Positions 27,029-38,199 of a stretch of 64,000 nt of DNA are shown here, one piece after another. This DNA is from Sphyrna mokarran. Lineage: Eukaryota. Within the stretch, counting starts at the first letter, position 1. The number at the start of each line of letters is the position of its first letter. The stretch lies in assembly GCA_024679065.1 (NCBI GenBank), contig JAGIQG010000043.1, positions 2,666,001 through 2,730,000 on the forward strand, given 5' to 3'. Both the position numbers and the translations under genes were made by a program. Below the pieces are notes generated by a model. The model was not told where the DNA came from and made no database searches. It was given only the letters and a program-made list of their open reading frames with translations.

Positions 27029-28410
27029 CTTCCTGAAATGAGAAACTGTCACTGAGAATATTTGGCTGGCAGATAGAAGACAGAGGGTGGTGGTTGATGG
27101 GAGATATTCATCGTGGAGTTCAGTGACGAGTGGTGTGCCTCAGGGGTCTGTTTTGGGGCCCCTGCTGTTTGTAATTTTTATAAATGATCTGGATGAGGGT
27201 ATTGAGGGATGGATCAGTAAATTTGCAGATGATACTAAAGTTGGTGGAGTGGTAGATAGTGAAGAGGGGTGTTTTAGTTTACAGAGTGACTTGGACAAGT
27301 TGCAGAGCTGGGCCGAGAGGTGGCAAATGGAGTTTAATGTGGAAAAGTGTGAGGTAATGCACTTTGGCAGGAACAATAAATGTGTAGAGTATAGGGCTAA
27401 TGGTAGGGCTCTTAATAGTGTTGAGGAACAGAAGGATCTTGGTGTATGTGTCAATAGATCCCTGAAAGTAGGCAGTCAAGTGGATAAAGTTGTTAAGAAG
27501 GCATATGGAGTCTTAGCTTTTATTGGTAGGGGGATTGAATTTAGGAGCCGCAGCATCATGTTGCAACTGTACAAAACTCTAGTGCGGCCGCACTTGGAGT
27601 ATTGTGTGCAGTTCTGGTCGCCACATTATAAGAAAGATGTGGAGGCATTGGAGAGGGTACAGAGGAGGTTTACCAGGATGTTGCCTGGTATGGAGGGCAG
27701 GTCTTATGAAGAGAGGCTGAGGGATTTGAGGTTGTTTTCGTTAGAAAGGAGGCGGCTAAGAGGGGACTTATTGAAGCATATAAGATGATTAGAGGTTTAG
27801 ATAGGGTGGACAGTGATAGCCTTTTTCCTAGGATGGAGAAAGCTAGCACGAGGGGACACAGCTTTAAATTAAGGGGTATGAGTTATAGGACGGATATCAG
27901 AGGTAGGTTCTTTACTCAAAGAGTGATTAGGGAGTGGAATGCCCTGCCTGCAGCTGTTGTAGATGCGCCAAGTTTGGTGGCGTTTAAGAGGTTAATTGAT
28001 AAGTATATGGAAGAGAAGGGAATGGTTTAGTTTGGAGGGGCATTGCTTTTTATTTTGGTCGGCACAACATCGAAGGCCGAAGGGCCTGTTCTGTGCTGTA
28101 TTGTTCTATGTTCTATGTTCTATAGAATACTGTCACTGGAGTTGAACCGAACGGCACAGGTACAGCGAGCGCCGCTTCTCCAAGTTTCCGCCGAGAGGTT
28201 GATGTAACTCTTGACGGCGTAGGTCCCGTCCGGCTCCAGTGTCCCCGAATCGGTCTGTCCCTCGGTATCGCGCCCTGAAACATTCCAGCGAATGGGAAAG
28301 GAATCAGGAAGCACACCTCTGACCAAACACAACAATGGGACCCTTTCCTTGGCGGGAATCTCATCCACCGGAGGGGCTGAGGAGGAATATGTTGGGAGAA
28401 CCCGCTAAAT
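27029..28410 (-). pseudogene. A2 C1 exon, acceptor lost, frameshifted and split by a CR1 insertion
   Basis: C1 motifs LLCLVRG, DGTYAVKSYINL and WRSGARCTC lie at 28130-28410. The last codons and donor are at 27029-27060, with the CR1 between. Confidence 0.88.
27061..28123 (+). mobile_element. Young CR1 inserted in A2 C1 exon, TSD AGAATA
   Basis: AGAATA at 27055-27060 and 28124-28129, RT motifs, (TTCTATG)n tail. Confidence 0.95.
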
Positions 28411-28503
28411 TCAGTAATGAAACAGAACACTCATTAATTGGTGGAACAGAACAATTTAATTGCTCTGAGATACTCACTGCAATTGAATATTAATGAGATT
28501 TAC

Positions 28504-28850
28504 CTGTAATCAGTAATTTGGAGTCATTTCCGAATATTTGGACCATGTTCTGATAAATGCGCTTTGCACAGTAATACATCCCAGAGTCATTTATTCGGGA
28601 ATTCGTCATAATTAGTGAATAAAGACGCCCTTTCTCAGAAATCTGGCTGGAAAATCTCCCGTCAGCTTGGGTGTTCTCGCACACTCTGTAAATGAAATCC
28701 AAGTCGATTCTCTCCCTCTGTCTGTACCAGAATACCAGAAGACACGGCCAGCGGCTTGGCCCTGGATGTGGCAGTTGAGATTAACAGGACTCCCCGCAGC
28801 GAGCGTCTGAACCGGCGGTAACTGAGACACGGTGAGCTGTGACATTGTAA
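28504..28850 (-). pseudogene. VJ-C1 receptor A2, VJ exon with 8-nt tandem duplication frameshift
   Basis: 347 nt = 339+8, with taccagaa duplicated near 28725-28740. The two halves match ORFs 28612..28845 and 28490..28702 (YYCAKRIYQNMVQIFGNDSKLLIT). Confidence 0.88.
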
Positions 28851-28910
28851 CTGGGAAAGAGGAAGAGAGAGAACAACAGTCACCTCACGTTATGGAGCAT
28901 TCCCTGAAGA

Positions 28911-30230
28911 CATACAACATAGAACATTACAGCACAGAACAGGCCCTTCGGCCTTCGATGTGGCGCCGATCAATTCTGAAAAAAAAACCAATGCCCCTCC
29001 AAACTAAACCATTCCCTTCTCTTCCATATACTTATCAACTAACCTCTTAAACGCCACCAAACTTGGCGCATCTACAACTGCTGCAGGCAGGGCATTCCAC
29101 TCCCGAACCACCCTTTGGGTAAAGAACCTACCTCTGATATCCGTCCTATAACTATCACCCCTTAATTTAAAGCTGTGTCCCCTCGTGCTAGCTTTTTCCA
29201 TCTAGGAAAAAGGCTATCACTGTCCACCCTATCTAAACCTCTAATCATCTTATATGTTTCGATTAGGTCCCCTCTTAGCCGCCTCCTTTCTAACGAAAAC
29301 AACCTCAAATCCCTCAGCCTCTCTTCATAAGACCTGCCCTCCATACCAGGCAACATCCTGGTAAACCTCCTCTGTACCCTCTCCAACGCCTCCACATCTT
29401 TCTTATAATGTGGGGACCAGAACTGCACACAATACTCCAAGTGCGGCCGCACTAGAGTTTTGTACAGTTGCAACATGACGTTGCGGCTCCGAAATTCAAT
29501 CCCCCTACCAATAAAAGCTAAGACTCCATATGCCTTCTTAACAACCTTATCGACTTGACTGCCTACTTTCAGGGATCTATGCACATATACACCAAGATCC
29601 CTCTGTTCATCAACACTATTAAGAGTCCTACCATTAGCCCTATACTCTACACATTTATTATTCCTGCCAAAGTGCATTACCTCACACTTTTCCACATTAA
29701 ACTCCATTTGCCACCTCTCGGCCCAGCTCTGCAACTTGTCCAAGTCTCTCTGCAAACTATAACACCCCTCTTCACTATCTACCACTCCACCGACTTTAGT
29801 GTCATCTGCAAATTTACTAATCCATCCTTCAATACCCTCATCCAGATCATTTATGAAAATTACAAACAGCAGGGGCCCCAAAACAGACCCCTGAGGTACA
29901 CCACTTGTCACCGAACTCCACGATGAATATCTCCCATCAACCACCACCCTCTGTCTTCTATCTGCTAGCCAATTCCTAATCCAATTAGCTAAATCACCCT
30001 CTATCCCATACATCTGCATTTTCTGCAGAAGTCTTCCATGGGCCACCTTATCAAACGCCTTACTAAAGTCCATATATACCACATCAACCGCCTTACCCCC
30101 ATCCACCTCTTTTGGTCACTTTTTCAAAAAACTCAATGAGGTTAGTAAGGCACGATCTACCCTTCACAAAACCATGCTGACTATCCCCAATCAATTCATT
30201 TCTCTCTAAATAACTATAAATCCTATCCCA
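28911..30230 (-). mobile_element. Young CR1, 5'-truncated
   Basis: ORF 29162..30106 with RT motifs. Tail at about 28911-28930. Confidence 0.95.
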
Positions 30231-30461
30231 AGACAGTCAACAATTGGAGTAAACCTAAAACCAGCCATCCATCCAGTGACACTTCCCGCTGTTTCGGGAA
30301 AAGCAGCCAACATAATCAAGGACCCCAAGCACTTCAACACTTTCACATTCTTCCGTCGGGAAAAATGTATAAAAGTCTGAGGTCACCTACCAACCGACAC
30401 AGGAACAACTTCTTCCCTGCTGCCGTCAGACTTTTGAATAGCCTACCTCACACAAGGTTGT

Positions 30462-33208
30462 GTGACTTGGGTAGAGCAGGGACAGGAATGGATGTTGCAG
30501 GTTCCGGGGTACAAATGCTTTAGTCGGAGTAGAGAAGGAGGTAGAAGGGGGGGAGGAGTGGCGTTACTGGTCAAAGACTGTATCACGGTGATCGAAAAGA
30601 AGTTTGATGAGGACTTGTCTGTTGAGGTAGTATGGGCTGAGATTAGAAACAGGAGAGGAGAGGTCACCCTGTTGGGACTCTTTTACAGACCTCCTAATAG
30701 TTCTAGAGAGGTTGAGGAAAGGATTGCGAAGTCAATTCTGATTAGGAGTGAAAGTAGTAGGGTAATTGTGATGGGGGACTTTAACTTTGCTAATATTGAT
30801 TGGAATAGCTATAGCTCTAGCTCGTTAGAGGGGTCAGTTTTCGTACAGAGTGTGCAGGAAGGTTTTTTGACTCAGTATGTAGATAGGCCAACTAGAGGTG
30901 AGGCTACATTGGATTTGGTGCTGGGCAATGAGCCAGACCAGGTGTTAGGCTTGGAAGTTAGTGAACATTTTGGTGATAGTGACCACAATTCGGTTACGTT
31001 CACCTTAGTGATGGACAGGGATAGGCATGAAGCTGGGGGCTGTAGTTATAGCTGGGGGAAGGGTAATTATGAGGCCATCAGGAGAGAATTAGGGTGCATA
31101 GATTGGACTAGGGAAACTACAGGGACTGGGAACATCTGGAATGTGGTGCTTATTCAAGGAGCAGCTGCTGCGAGTCCTTGATAAGTATGTCCCTGTCAGG
31201 CAGGGAGGAAATGGACGAGTAAGAGAGCCTTGGTGTACGAAAAGAGTTGATTTGCTGGTTAAGAAGAAAAAGGAGGCTTATGTCAGGATGAGGCTTGAAG
31301 GCTCAGGTAGTGCAATGGATAGCTATAGATTAGCTAGGAAGGAGGTAAAAAGTGAATTGAGGAGAGCTAAGAGGGGACACGAGAAGATGTTGGCTGATAG
31401 GATTAAGGAGAATCCTAAAGCTTTCTTTCGATATGTTAAGAATAGAAGATTGGTTAGGGCAAGATTAGGGCCAGTCATAGACAGCAGTGGGAAGTTGTGC
31501 GTGGAGCCTGAAGAGATTGGTGAGGCACTGAATAAATATTTCTCTTCGGTATTCACGCAGAGTGCTGGAAATGTAGCTGTGGAGAGCACTGAGGTACAGG
31601 GTTGCAAATTGGGGAGTATTGTAGTAGATAGGGAGGATGTGTTAGAAATTCTCGAGGGTTTGAAGTTGGATAAGTCCCCTGGGCCGGACGGGATTTACCC
31701 TAGGATTCTCTGGGAGGCAAGAGAGGAGATTGCAGAGCCTCTGGCTCTGATCTTCAGGTCCTCGTTGGTTACGGGTGTGGTTCCGGAGGACTGGAGGATG
31801 GCGAATGTGGTCCCATTGTTTAAGAAGGGGAAGAGAGACCTTCCTGGGAATTATAGGCCAGTGAGTCTTACTTCTGTGGTGGGCAAGGTATTGGAGAGAA
31901 TTATTAGGGATAGGATTTATAGTTATTTAGAGAGAAATGAATTGATTGGGGATAGTCAGCATGGTTTCGTGAAGGGTAGGTCATGCCTTACTAACCTCAT
32001 TGAGTTTTTTGAGAAAGTGACCAGAGAGGTGGATGGGGGTAAGGCGGTTGATGTAGTATATATGGACTTTAGTAAGGCGTTTGATAAGGTGGCCCATGGA
32101 AGACTTCTACAGAAAATGCAGATGTGTGGAATAGAGGGTGATTTAGCTAATTGGATTAGGAATTGGCTGGCAGATAGAAGACAGAGGGTGGTGGTTGATG
32201 GGAGATATTCATCGTGGAGTTCGGTGACGAGTGGTGTGCCTCAGGGGTCTGTTTTGGGGCCCCTGCTGTTTGTAATTTTTATAAATGATCTGGATGAGGG
32301 TATTGAGGGATGGATCAGTAAATTTGCAGATGATACTAAAGTTGGTGGTGTGGTAGATAGTGAAGAGGGGTGTTTTAGTTTACAGAGTGACTTGGACAAG
32401 TTGCAGAGCTGGGCCGAGAGGTGGCAAATGGAGTTTAATGTGGAAAAGTGTGAGGTAATGCACTTTGGCAGGAACAATAAATGTGTAGAGTATAGGGCTA
32501 ATGGTAGGGCTCTTAATAGTGTTGAGGAACAGAAGGATCTTGGTGTATGTGTCAATAGATCCCTGAAAGTAGGCAGTCAAGTGGATAAAGTTGTTAAGAA
32601 GGCTATGGAGTCTTAGCTTTTATTGGTAGGGGGATTGAATTTAGGAGCCGCAGCATCATGTTGCAGCTGTACAAAACTCTAGTGCGGCCGCACTTGGAGT
32701 ATTGTGTGCAGTTCTGGTCGCCACATTATAAGAAAGATGTGGAGGCATTGGAGAGGGTACAGAGGAGGTTTACTAGGATGTTGCCTGGTATGGAGGGCAG
32801 GTCCTATGAAGAGAGGTTGAAGGATTTGAGGTTGTTTTCGTTAGAAAGGAGGCGGCTAAGGGGGGATCTTATTGAAGCATATAAGATGATTAGAGGTTTG
32901 GATAGGGTGGACAGTGATAGCCTTTTTCCTAGGATGGAGAAAGCTAGCACGAGGGGACACAGCTTTAAATTAAGGGGTATGAGTTATAGGACGGATATCA
33001 GAGGTAGGTTCTTTACTCAAAGAGTGATTAGGGAGTGGAATGCCCTGCCTGCAGCTGTTGTAGATGCGCCAAGTTTGGTGGCGTTTAAGAGGTTAGTTGA
33101 TAAGTATATGGATGAGAAGGGAATGGTTTAGTTAGGAGGGGCATTGCTTTTTATTTTGGTCGGCACAACATCGAAGGCCGAAGGGCCTGTTCTGTGCTGT
33201 ATTGTTCT
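30462..33208 (+). mobile_element. CR1 with nearly complete ORF2 (APE endonuclease + RT), two frameshifts
   Basis: GGGVALLV, YRPP, MGDFN and SDHN endonuclease motifs, then the RT. ORFs 30462..31181, 31141..32616 and 32658..33131. Confidence 0.96.
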
Positions 33209-33308
33209 NNNNNNNNNNNNNNNNNNNNNNNNNNNNNNNNNNNNNNNNNNNNNNNNNNNNNNNNNNNNNNNNNNNNNNNNNNNNNNNNNNNNNNNNNNNN
33301 NNNNNNNN
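33209..33308. other. Assembly gap (100 N)
   Basis: N run of exactly 100, probably a gap of unknown size. Confidence 0.99.
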
Positions 33309-34194
33309 GCATCAGAATTAGGTCTCTCTGCCTTTGATTCTGCACCACCATTCCATTATAGCTGACATGTTTCTCACCCCCATTCTCCTGCCTTTTCCCC
33401 ATAACCCCGATCCCCTTATTAATCAAGAAACTACCTATCTTTGTTTTAAAGATACTCAATGACATGGTTTCTTCAGCGTTCTGCGGCAAAGAGTTCTACC
33501 GACTCTCCACCCTCTGCTGATTCCTCCTCATCTCTCTTTTAGAGGATCTCAATACACGAGACAATAATAAATCAAATCAAGTCATATAATTATTGAGTTT
33601 ACAGTATGGAAACAGGCCCTTTGGCCCAATTTCTCCATGCCATCTTTTTTTCTTAATCCCTAAGCTCGTCCCACTTGCCCGCATGTGGCCCATCTCCCTC
33701 TATACCCATCGTATGCATGTAACTACCTAAATGTTTTTTCAAGGATAAAATTGTACCCCCTCTAATACTACATCTGGCAGTTTGTTCCAGATACTTACCA
33801 TCCTCTGTTTGAAAAAAAATGCGCCCCCTGATATTTTTGTATCTCTGCCCTATCACATTAAAGTTATGCCATCAAGTTTTAGACGCCCCAATCGTTGGGA
33901 AAAAAAAGTATTGACTAATTACCTTGTCTATGTCGGTTATTATTTAATAAACCTCTACAAAGTGAGCCCTCAGCCCCCCTACGCTCCAGTAAATAAAAAT
34001 CAAGTTTATTCAGCCTCTCCTTATAAGTCAATTCATCAAGACCCAGTGGCATCCTAGTAAATCTTTTCTGCACTCTTTCTAGTTTTAGTCTATGTACTCT
34101 AAGAATGATATGCTTGTCTGTTGTAGCGTGTAAGAAACAACACTTTTCAATGTATCCCAAGCATGTGACAATAATAAATCAAATCAAATCTAAG

Positions 34195-35090
34195 TACTCG
34201 AAGGTCGGTGGTGTTGTGGATGGTCTGGAGGGATGTCAAAAGTTGCAGCAGGACATCGACAGGATGCAAGACTGGGCGGAGAAGTGGCAGATGGACTTCA
34301 ACGTGGATAAATGTGTTGTGGTCCATTTTGGCAGATCCAACGGGATGAATGAGTACACTATCAAAGGTAGGAGTCTCAGCTGTGTGGAAGAGCAGAGTGA
34401 TCTTGGGGTCCGGGTCCATAAGACTCTCAAATCGGCCTCCCAGGTGGAGGATGTGGTTAAGAAAGCTTACGGTGTACTGGCCTTCATTCATCGAGGGATT
34501 GAGTTCAGGAGTCAGGAGGTAATGCTGCAGCTTTATAGGACCCTTGTCAGACCACACTTGGAGTACTGTGCGCAGTTCTGGTCGCCTCACTATAGGAAGG
34601 ACGTGGAAGCTATTGAAAGGGTGCAGAGGAGATTTACAAGGATGTTGCCTGGATTGGGAGGCATGCCTTATGAAGACAGGTTGAGGGAGCTGGAACTGTT
34701 CTCCCTGGAGAGACGAAGGTTGAGAGGCGACCTGATAGAGGTTTACAAGATGTTGAGAGGATTAGATAGGGTGGACTCTCAGAGACTATTTCCCAGGGCT
34801 GAAATGGTCGCGACGAGAGGGCACAGATTTAAGGTGCAGGGAAGCAAGTACAGAGGGGATGCTAGGGGCATGTTTTTCACTCAGAGGGTGGTGAGTGAAT
34901 GGAATCGGCTGCCGTCGGTGGTGGTCGAGGCGAACTCGCTGGGGTCTTTTAAAAGACTTCTGGATGAGTATATGGGATCCAATGGGATTGGGGGTTATAG
35001 ATAGGTCTATGGCTGGGTAGGTTTTGATGTGTTCGGCACAACTTGTGGGCCGAAGGGCCTGTTTGTGCTGTAGTGTTCTATGTTCTATGT
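34195..35090 (+). mobile_element. CR1 3' fragment (second subfamily)
   Basis: ORF to 35004 and ttctatg tail. Near-identical to 41748-42890. Confidence 0.93.
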
Positions 35091-35436
35091 AATCTATGAA
35101 CAGTATTCTTTATCTTTCAAATGCGCAAGAAACAGCACTTTCTACATTATCCCAAAACATGTGACAATAATAAATCAAATCAAGTCAAATCAAGTTGATG
35201 GAGACTGATACTTAACTGTCATTCATGCCGTCATTGTTACTTTTTCAAATCTATTTAAATTGATGCCCTCCTCAGCCCATCGATCCCACTTCCATACAAT
35301 CATGGGTGATTAATAATGATTTTTAGAATTACTGACATCATGTTGCAAACGTTAATGCACTTGTATTGAGAAGGCATCCTGGAACAAAGTGAGGTAAATT
35401 AATTCATCTCCCTTCTGGCAAAGATGTCAATTTCAC

Positions 35437-35509
35437 CTCTTGTCTATGGTCAGTTTGTGAGGTGCCTGCAGTATATAACTGATCTCACCTTCATTCCCAG
35501 ATTCACTTC
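35437..35509 (-). CDS. Candidate gene B cytoplasmic exon (GSESGNEGEISYILQAPHKLTIDK)
   Basis: Acceptor atccttttcag|GA. Ends AAGAG|GTGAA like the A1 exon 12749-12806. Open in phase 1. Confidence 0.4.
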
Positions 35510-36556
35510 CTGAAAAGGATGGCGGGAGTGAATAATAAACTTTAAAAGAGAAATCACTTCTAAACATGAAGGAGAACACCTGAAGGAAGTTTGGGCTAAA
35601 TGGACATCGCTGTTTTGAAGGGCGAGTCTCAGCATGAGCTGAATGAAATCTTTCTGCTTGCATTGCTCAAAGATTCTTACCTATATTTAGGAACATAAAG
35701 CGAAACGGGTAAGTGCGTATTAACACGAACCTACCCTGGACAGGTGCAACCCAATGCAGTCTGACATATTTTAACAATTGGGCGCATACAAACGCTAAGA
35801 TATATATTGATACACAAACACTCGGACACTTAAACATAGAGAAACACAGACAAACAGACTCAGATATTTCTCTATATGCATACATTTGCAGACACATGTT
35901 TAGATATTTTCAATACATGCATATAGACAGACATGCTCAGATATATATCGATACACACAAATAGACACACCTGCACTTAGTTATCTATTTATGCTCACAC
36001 CTTGACATGCACTCGACGCAGATATTTACTTAGACAAGACATAGACACGCACATCAGATATTTATCTATAAGCACGTGCAAGCTCAAATATATATCTATA
36101 CATACGTGCTTATTATAAACTCACACTCAGATATTTATCTATATACACATATTTAGATATATAACTACATGGACAGACGTTCAATTATACACACACGTTT
36201 TGTAGTCTGAGATCACCTACCAACAGACTCAAGAACAACTTCTTCCCTGCTGCCATTAGAGTTTTGAATAGACCTACCTTATAACAAGCTAATCTTTCTT
36301 TAAACGCTAGCTATGACTGTAACACTACATACTGCACCCCTTCCTTTCATTCTCCCCTACGGAGTCGATGAAGATCATCTTTTGTCTGTAGAGTACTCAA
36401 GAAACTGTACTTTTCACTGTAATGTAATACGCGTTCAATAATAAATCAAATGAAATGAAACACACATACGCTCAGGGATATACTTGCGCGAACACAGATA
36501 CACACAAGCACGCATACACACACACACACAAACACGCACACACACAGAAGCACACG

Positions 36557-36711
36557 NNNNNNNNNNNNNNNNNNNNNNNNNNNNNNNNNNNNNNNNNNNN
36601 NNNNNNNNNNNNNNNNNNNNNNNNNNNNNNNNNNNNNNNNNNNNNNNNNNNNNNNNNNNNNNNNNNNNNNNNNNNNNNNNNNNNNNNNNNNNNNNNNNNN
36701 NNNNNNNNNNN
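36557..36711. other. Assembly gap, probably hiding the gene B TM exon
   Basis: N run directly after the candidate exon start. Confidence 0.95.
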
Positions 36712-36743
36712 TCCAAACATACATATCCCCAGATGGCTGGGAT
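36712..36743 (-). CDS. Probable start of gene B stalk/TM exon (DPSHLGICMFG...), remainder in gap
   Basis: cagtag|AT in phase 1. Asp1 and Cys8 match the positions in family A TM exons. Implies a short 67-nt intron and runs into the Ns. Confidence 0.45.
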
Positions 36744-36810
36744 CTACTGAATTAATCCGATTGTCTGTAAATGTGAATTGAATCCTTCGATGTACAGAGT
36801 AACATCTCAC

Positions 36811-37140
36811 CTTTCCGTTTTTCTGTTGTTTTGACCTTCCACACACTCTTGGTCCAGTATTTCCCTGGAGTCCCCAGTTGAACAATACAACTACAGACAG
36901 CGCCGCTTCTCCAAGTGGCCCCCGACACCATGACATGACTTCTGATGCTGTAGGCCCCGTCCTCCTCCATTGTCCGTGGATCACTCGATCCTTCTGTGAC
37001 CAGACCAGAAATATTCCAGAAAATAGAAATCTGGTTAGAAGAAACTCCACTGACCAAACACACTAAGGGCACGGTATCATTCACATCCAGCTCAGCCGGC
37101 GGGACAAATATCTGCACTGCCGTCTTGTTGGTAAAACTGC
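36811..37140 (-). CDS. VJ-C1 receptor B, C1-set exon
   Basis: Acceptor tttctgtccag|GC. Encodes VPLVCLVSG..FWNI..DGAYSIRSHVMV..WRSGAVCSCIV. Donor G|GTGAGA. 90-nt V-C intron as in A3. Confidence 0.88.
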
Positions 37141-37230
37141 CTGGACAGAAATCGGGATATAGTTAACGATTTATTAACACCAAATGGCATTGCTGTGCGC
37201 AATCTTAATTCATTTCACTTGCTCTCTTAC

Positions 37231-37563
37231 CTCCAACCAGTAGTGTGGGTCCATTCTGGAGCGGTGCATAGCTATACTCATCAGCACAGTAGTAGGAACC
37301 CGAGTCATTCGCCTGGACATTGCGAATTTCCAGTATCAATTCATGTTTGCCATTGCCTTTTTTAGAAACAAACTTACAATCGTCCCCCTGACAGGGTGGG
37401 ATATCGATTAGTTTCGGCACTTCACCAACATTTTGTTTGTACCAGAAATAGCTGGCCACGAATACCACCTGGGATGTCTGGTGACAGGTTAAATCCACCG
37501 TCTGGCCGACTTCGGCTGTCACTGTGAAGGGCCTTTGAGATAGAGAGGACTCGGAATCTGTAA
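37231..37563 (-). CDS. VJ-C1 receptor B, V-set exon
   Basis: Open frame VTDSESSLSQRP..VDLTC..WYKQ..LILEIRNVQANDSGSYYC..LQNGPTLLVG, donor G|GTAAGA. Alternative in-frame acceptor gives a start at 37557. Confidence 0.9.
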
Positions 37564-37759
37564 CTAGAGAGATTATTCACACATTTTCACATATTTCAAC
37601 ATAGAAAGTTGCCGTTTCAAAAAAAAAATAAGAATAATCTCATTATTATCTTCAGTTATATTTCTGGAGATTATATCCCAAATTGTGTTTTCTACGCTTG
37701 AAAGGAGGAAGCTGAAAATCCCTTGTACCAATCACTAAGTCGTATTTGCAATGTTGTAG

Positions 37760-38020
37760 CCGGGCGGCATGTGTTTGGCACCATGGGCTCACAGAGCTGA
37801 GGACCCGGGTTCAATTCCTGGCTTGGGTCAGTGTCTGTGCACGTTCTCCCCGTGCCTGCATGGGCATTTCCTCCCACTCATCGGAAGATGTGCTGTTTCG
37901 GTGCATTGGCCGTGCTAAATTCTGCCTCTGTGTCCCCGCACTGGCGCAGGAGTGTGGCGACTGGGGTCTTTTCACGGTAACTTCATTGCAGTGTCGGTGC
38001 AAAAAGTAAAGATTACTCGT
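37760..38020 (+). mobile_element. V-SINE in gene B intron 1
   Basis: ggttcaattcc B box and V-core. Confidence 0.7.
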
Positions 38021-38144
38021 CACAGGTAAGGCTCACATTAACACTGGAATGTGAAATTCCCCTGGAAGCCGATTTGTGACACTAATGCTTAAAAAATTAA
38101 CTTGGCTGCTGCCATTTTCAATGTCTCACCTGGCAAATACTCAC

Positions 38145-38199
38145 CATGACCCCACAGCGCATGGAGAATGAATATCAGGGATAAAGATTGCTGGGGCAT
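38145..38199 (-). CDS. VJ-C1 receptor B, leader exon (MPQQSLSLIFILHALWGH)
   Basis: ATG at 38199, hydrophobic core, consensus donor G|GTGAGT in phase 1. A second in-frame donor lies 15 nt further on. Confidence 0.78.

Noticed and set aside
35299-35378. Possible gene B terminal exon with SQYKCI (ITIM-like)
   Set aside because: Needs a 58-nt intron and shows no similarity to the family A terminal exon, so support is too weak.
35681-35760. Possible exon ending at a GTAAGA donor
   Set aside because: No acceptor in a compatible phase and no recognisable protein feature.
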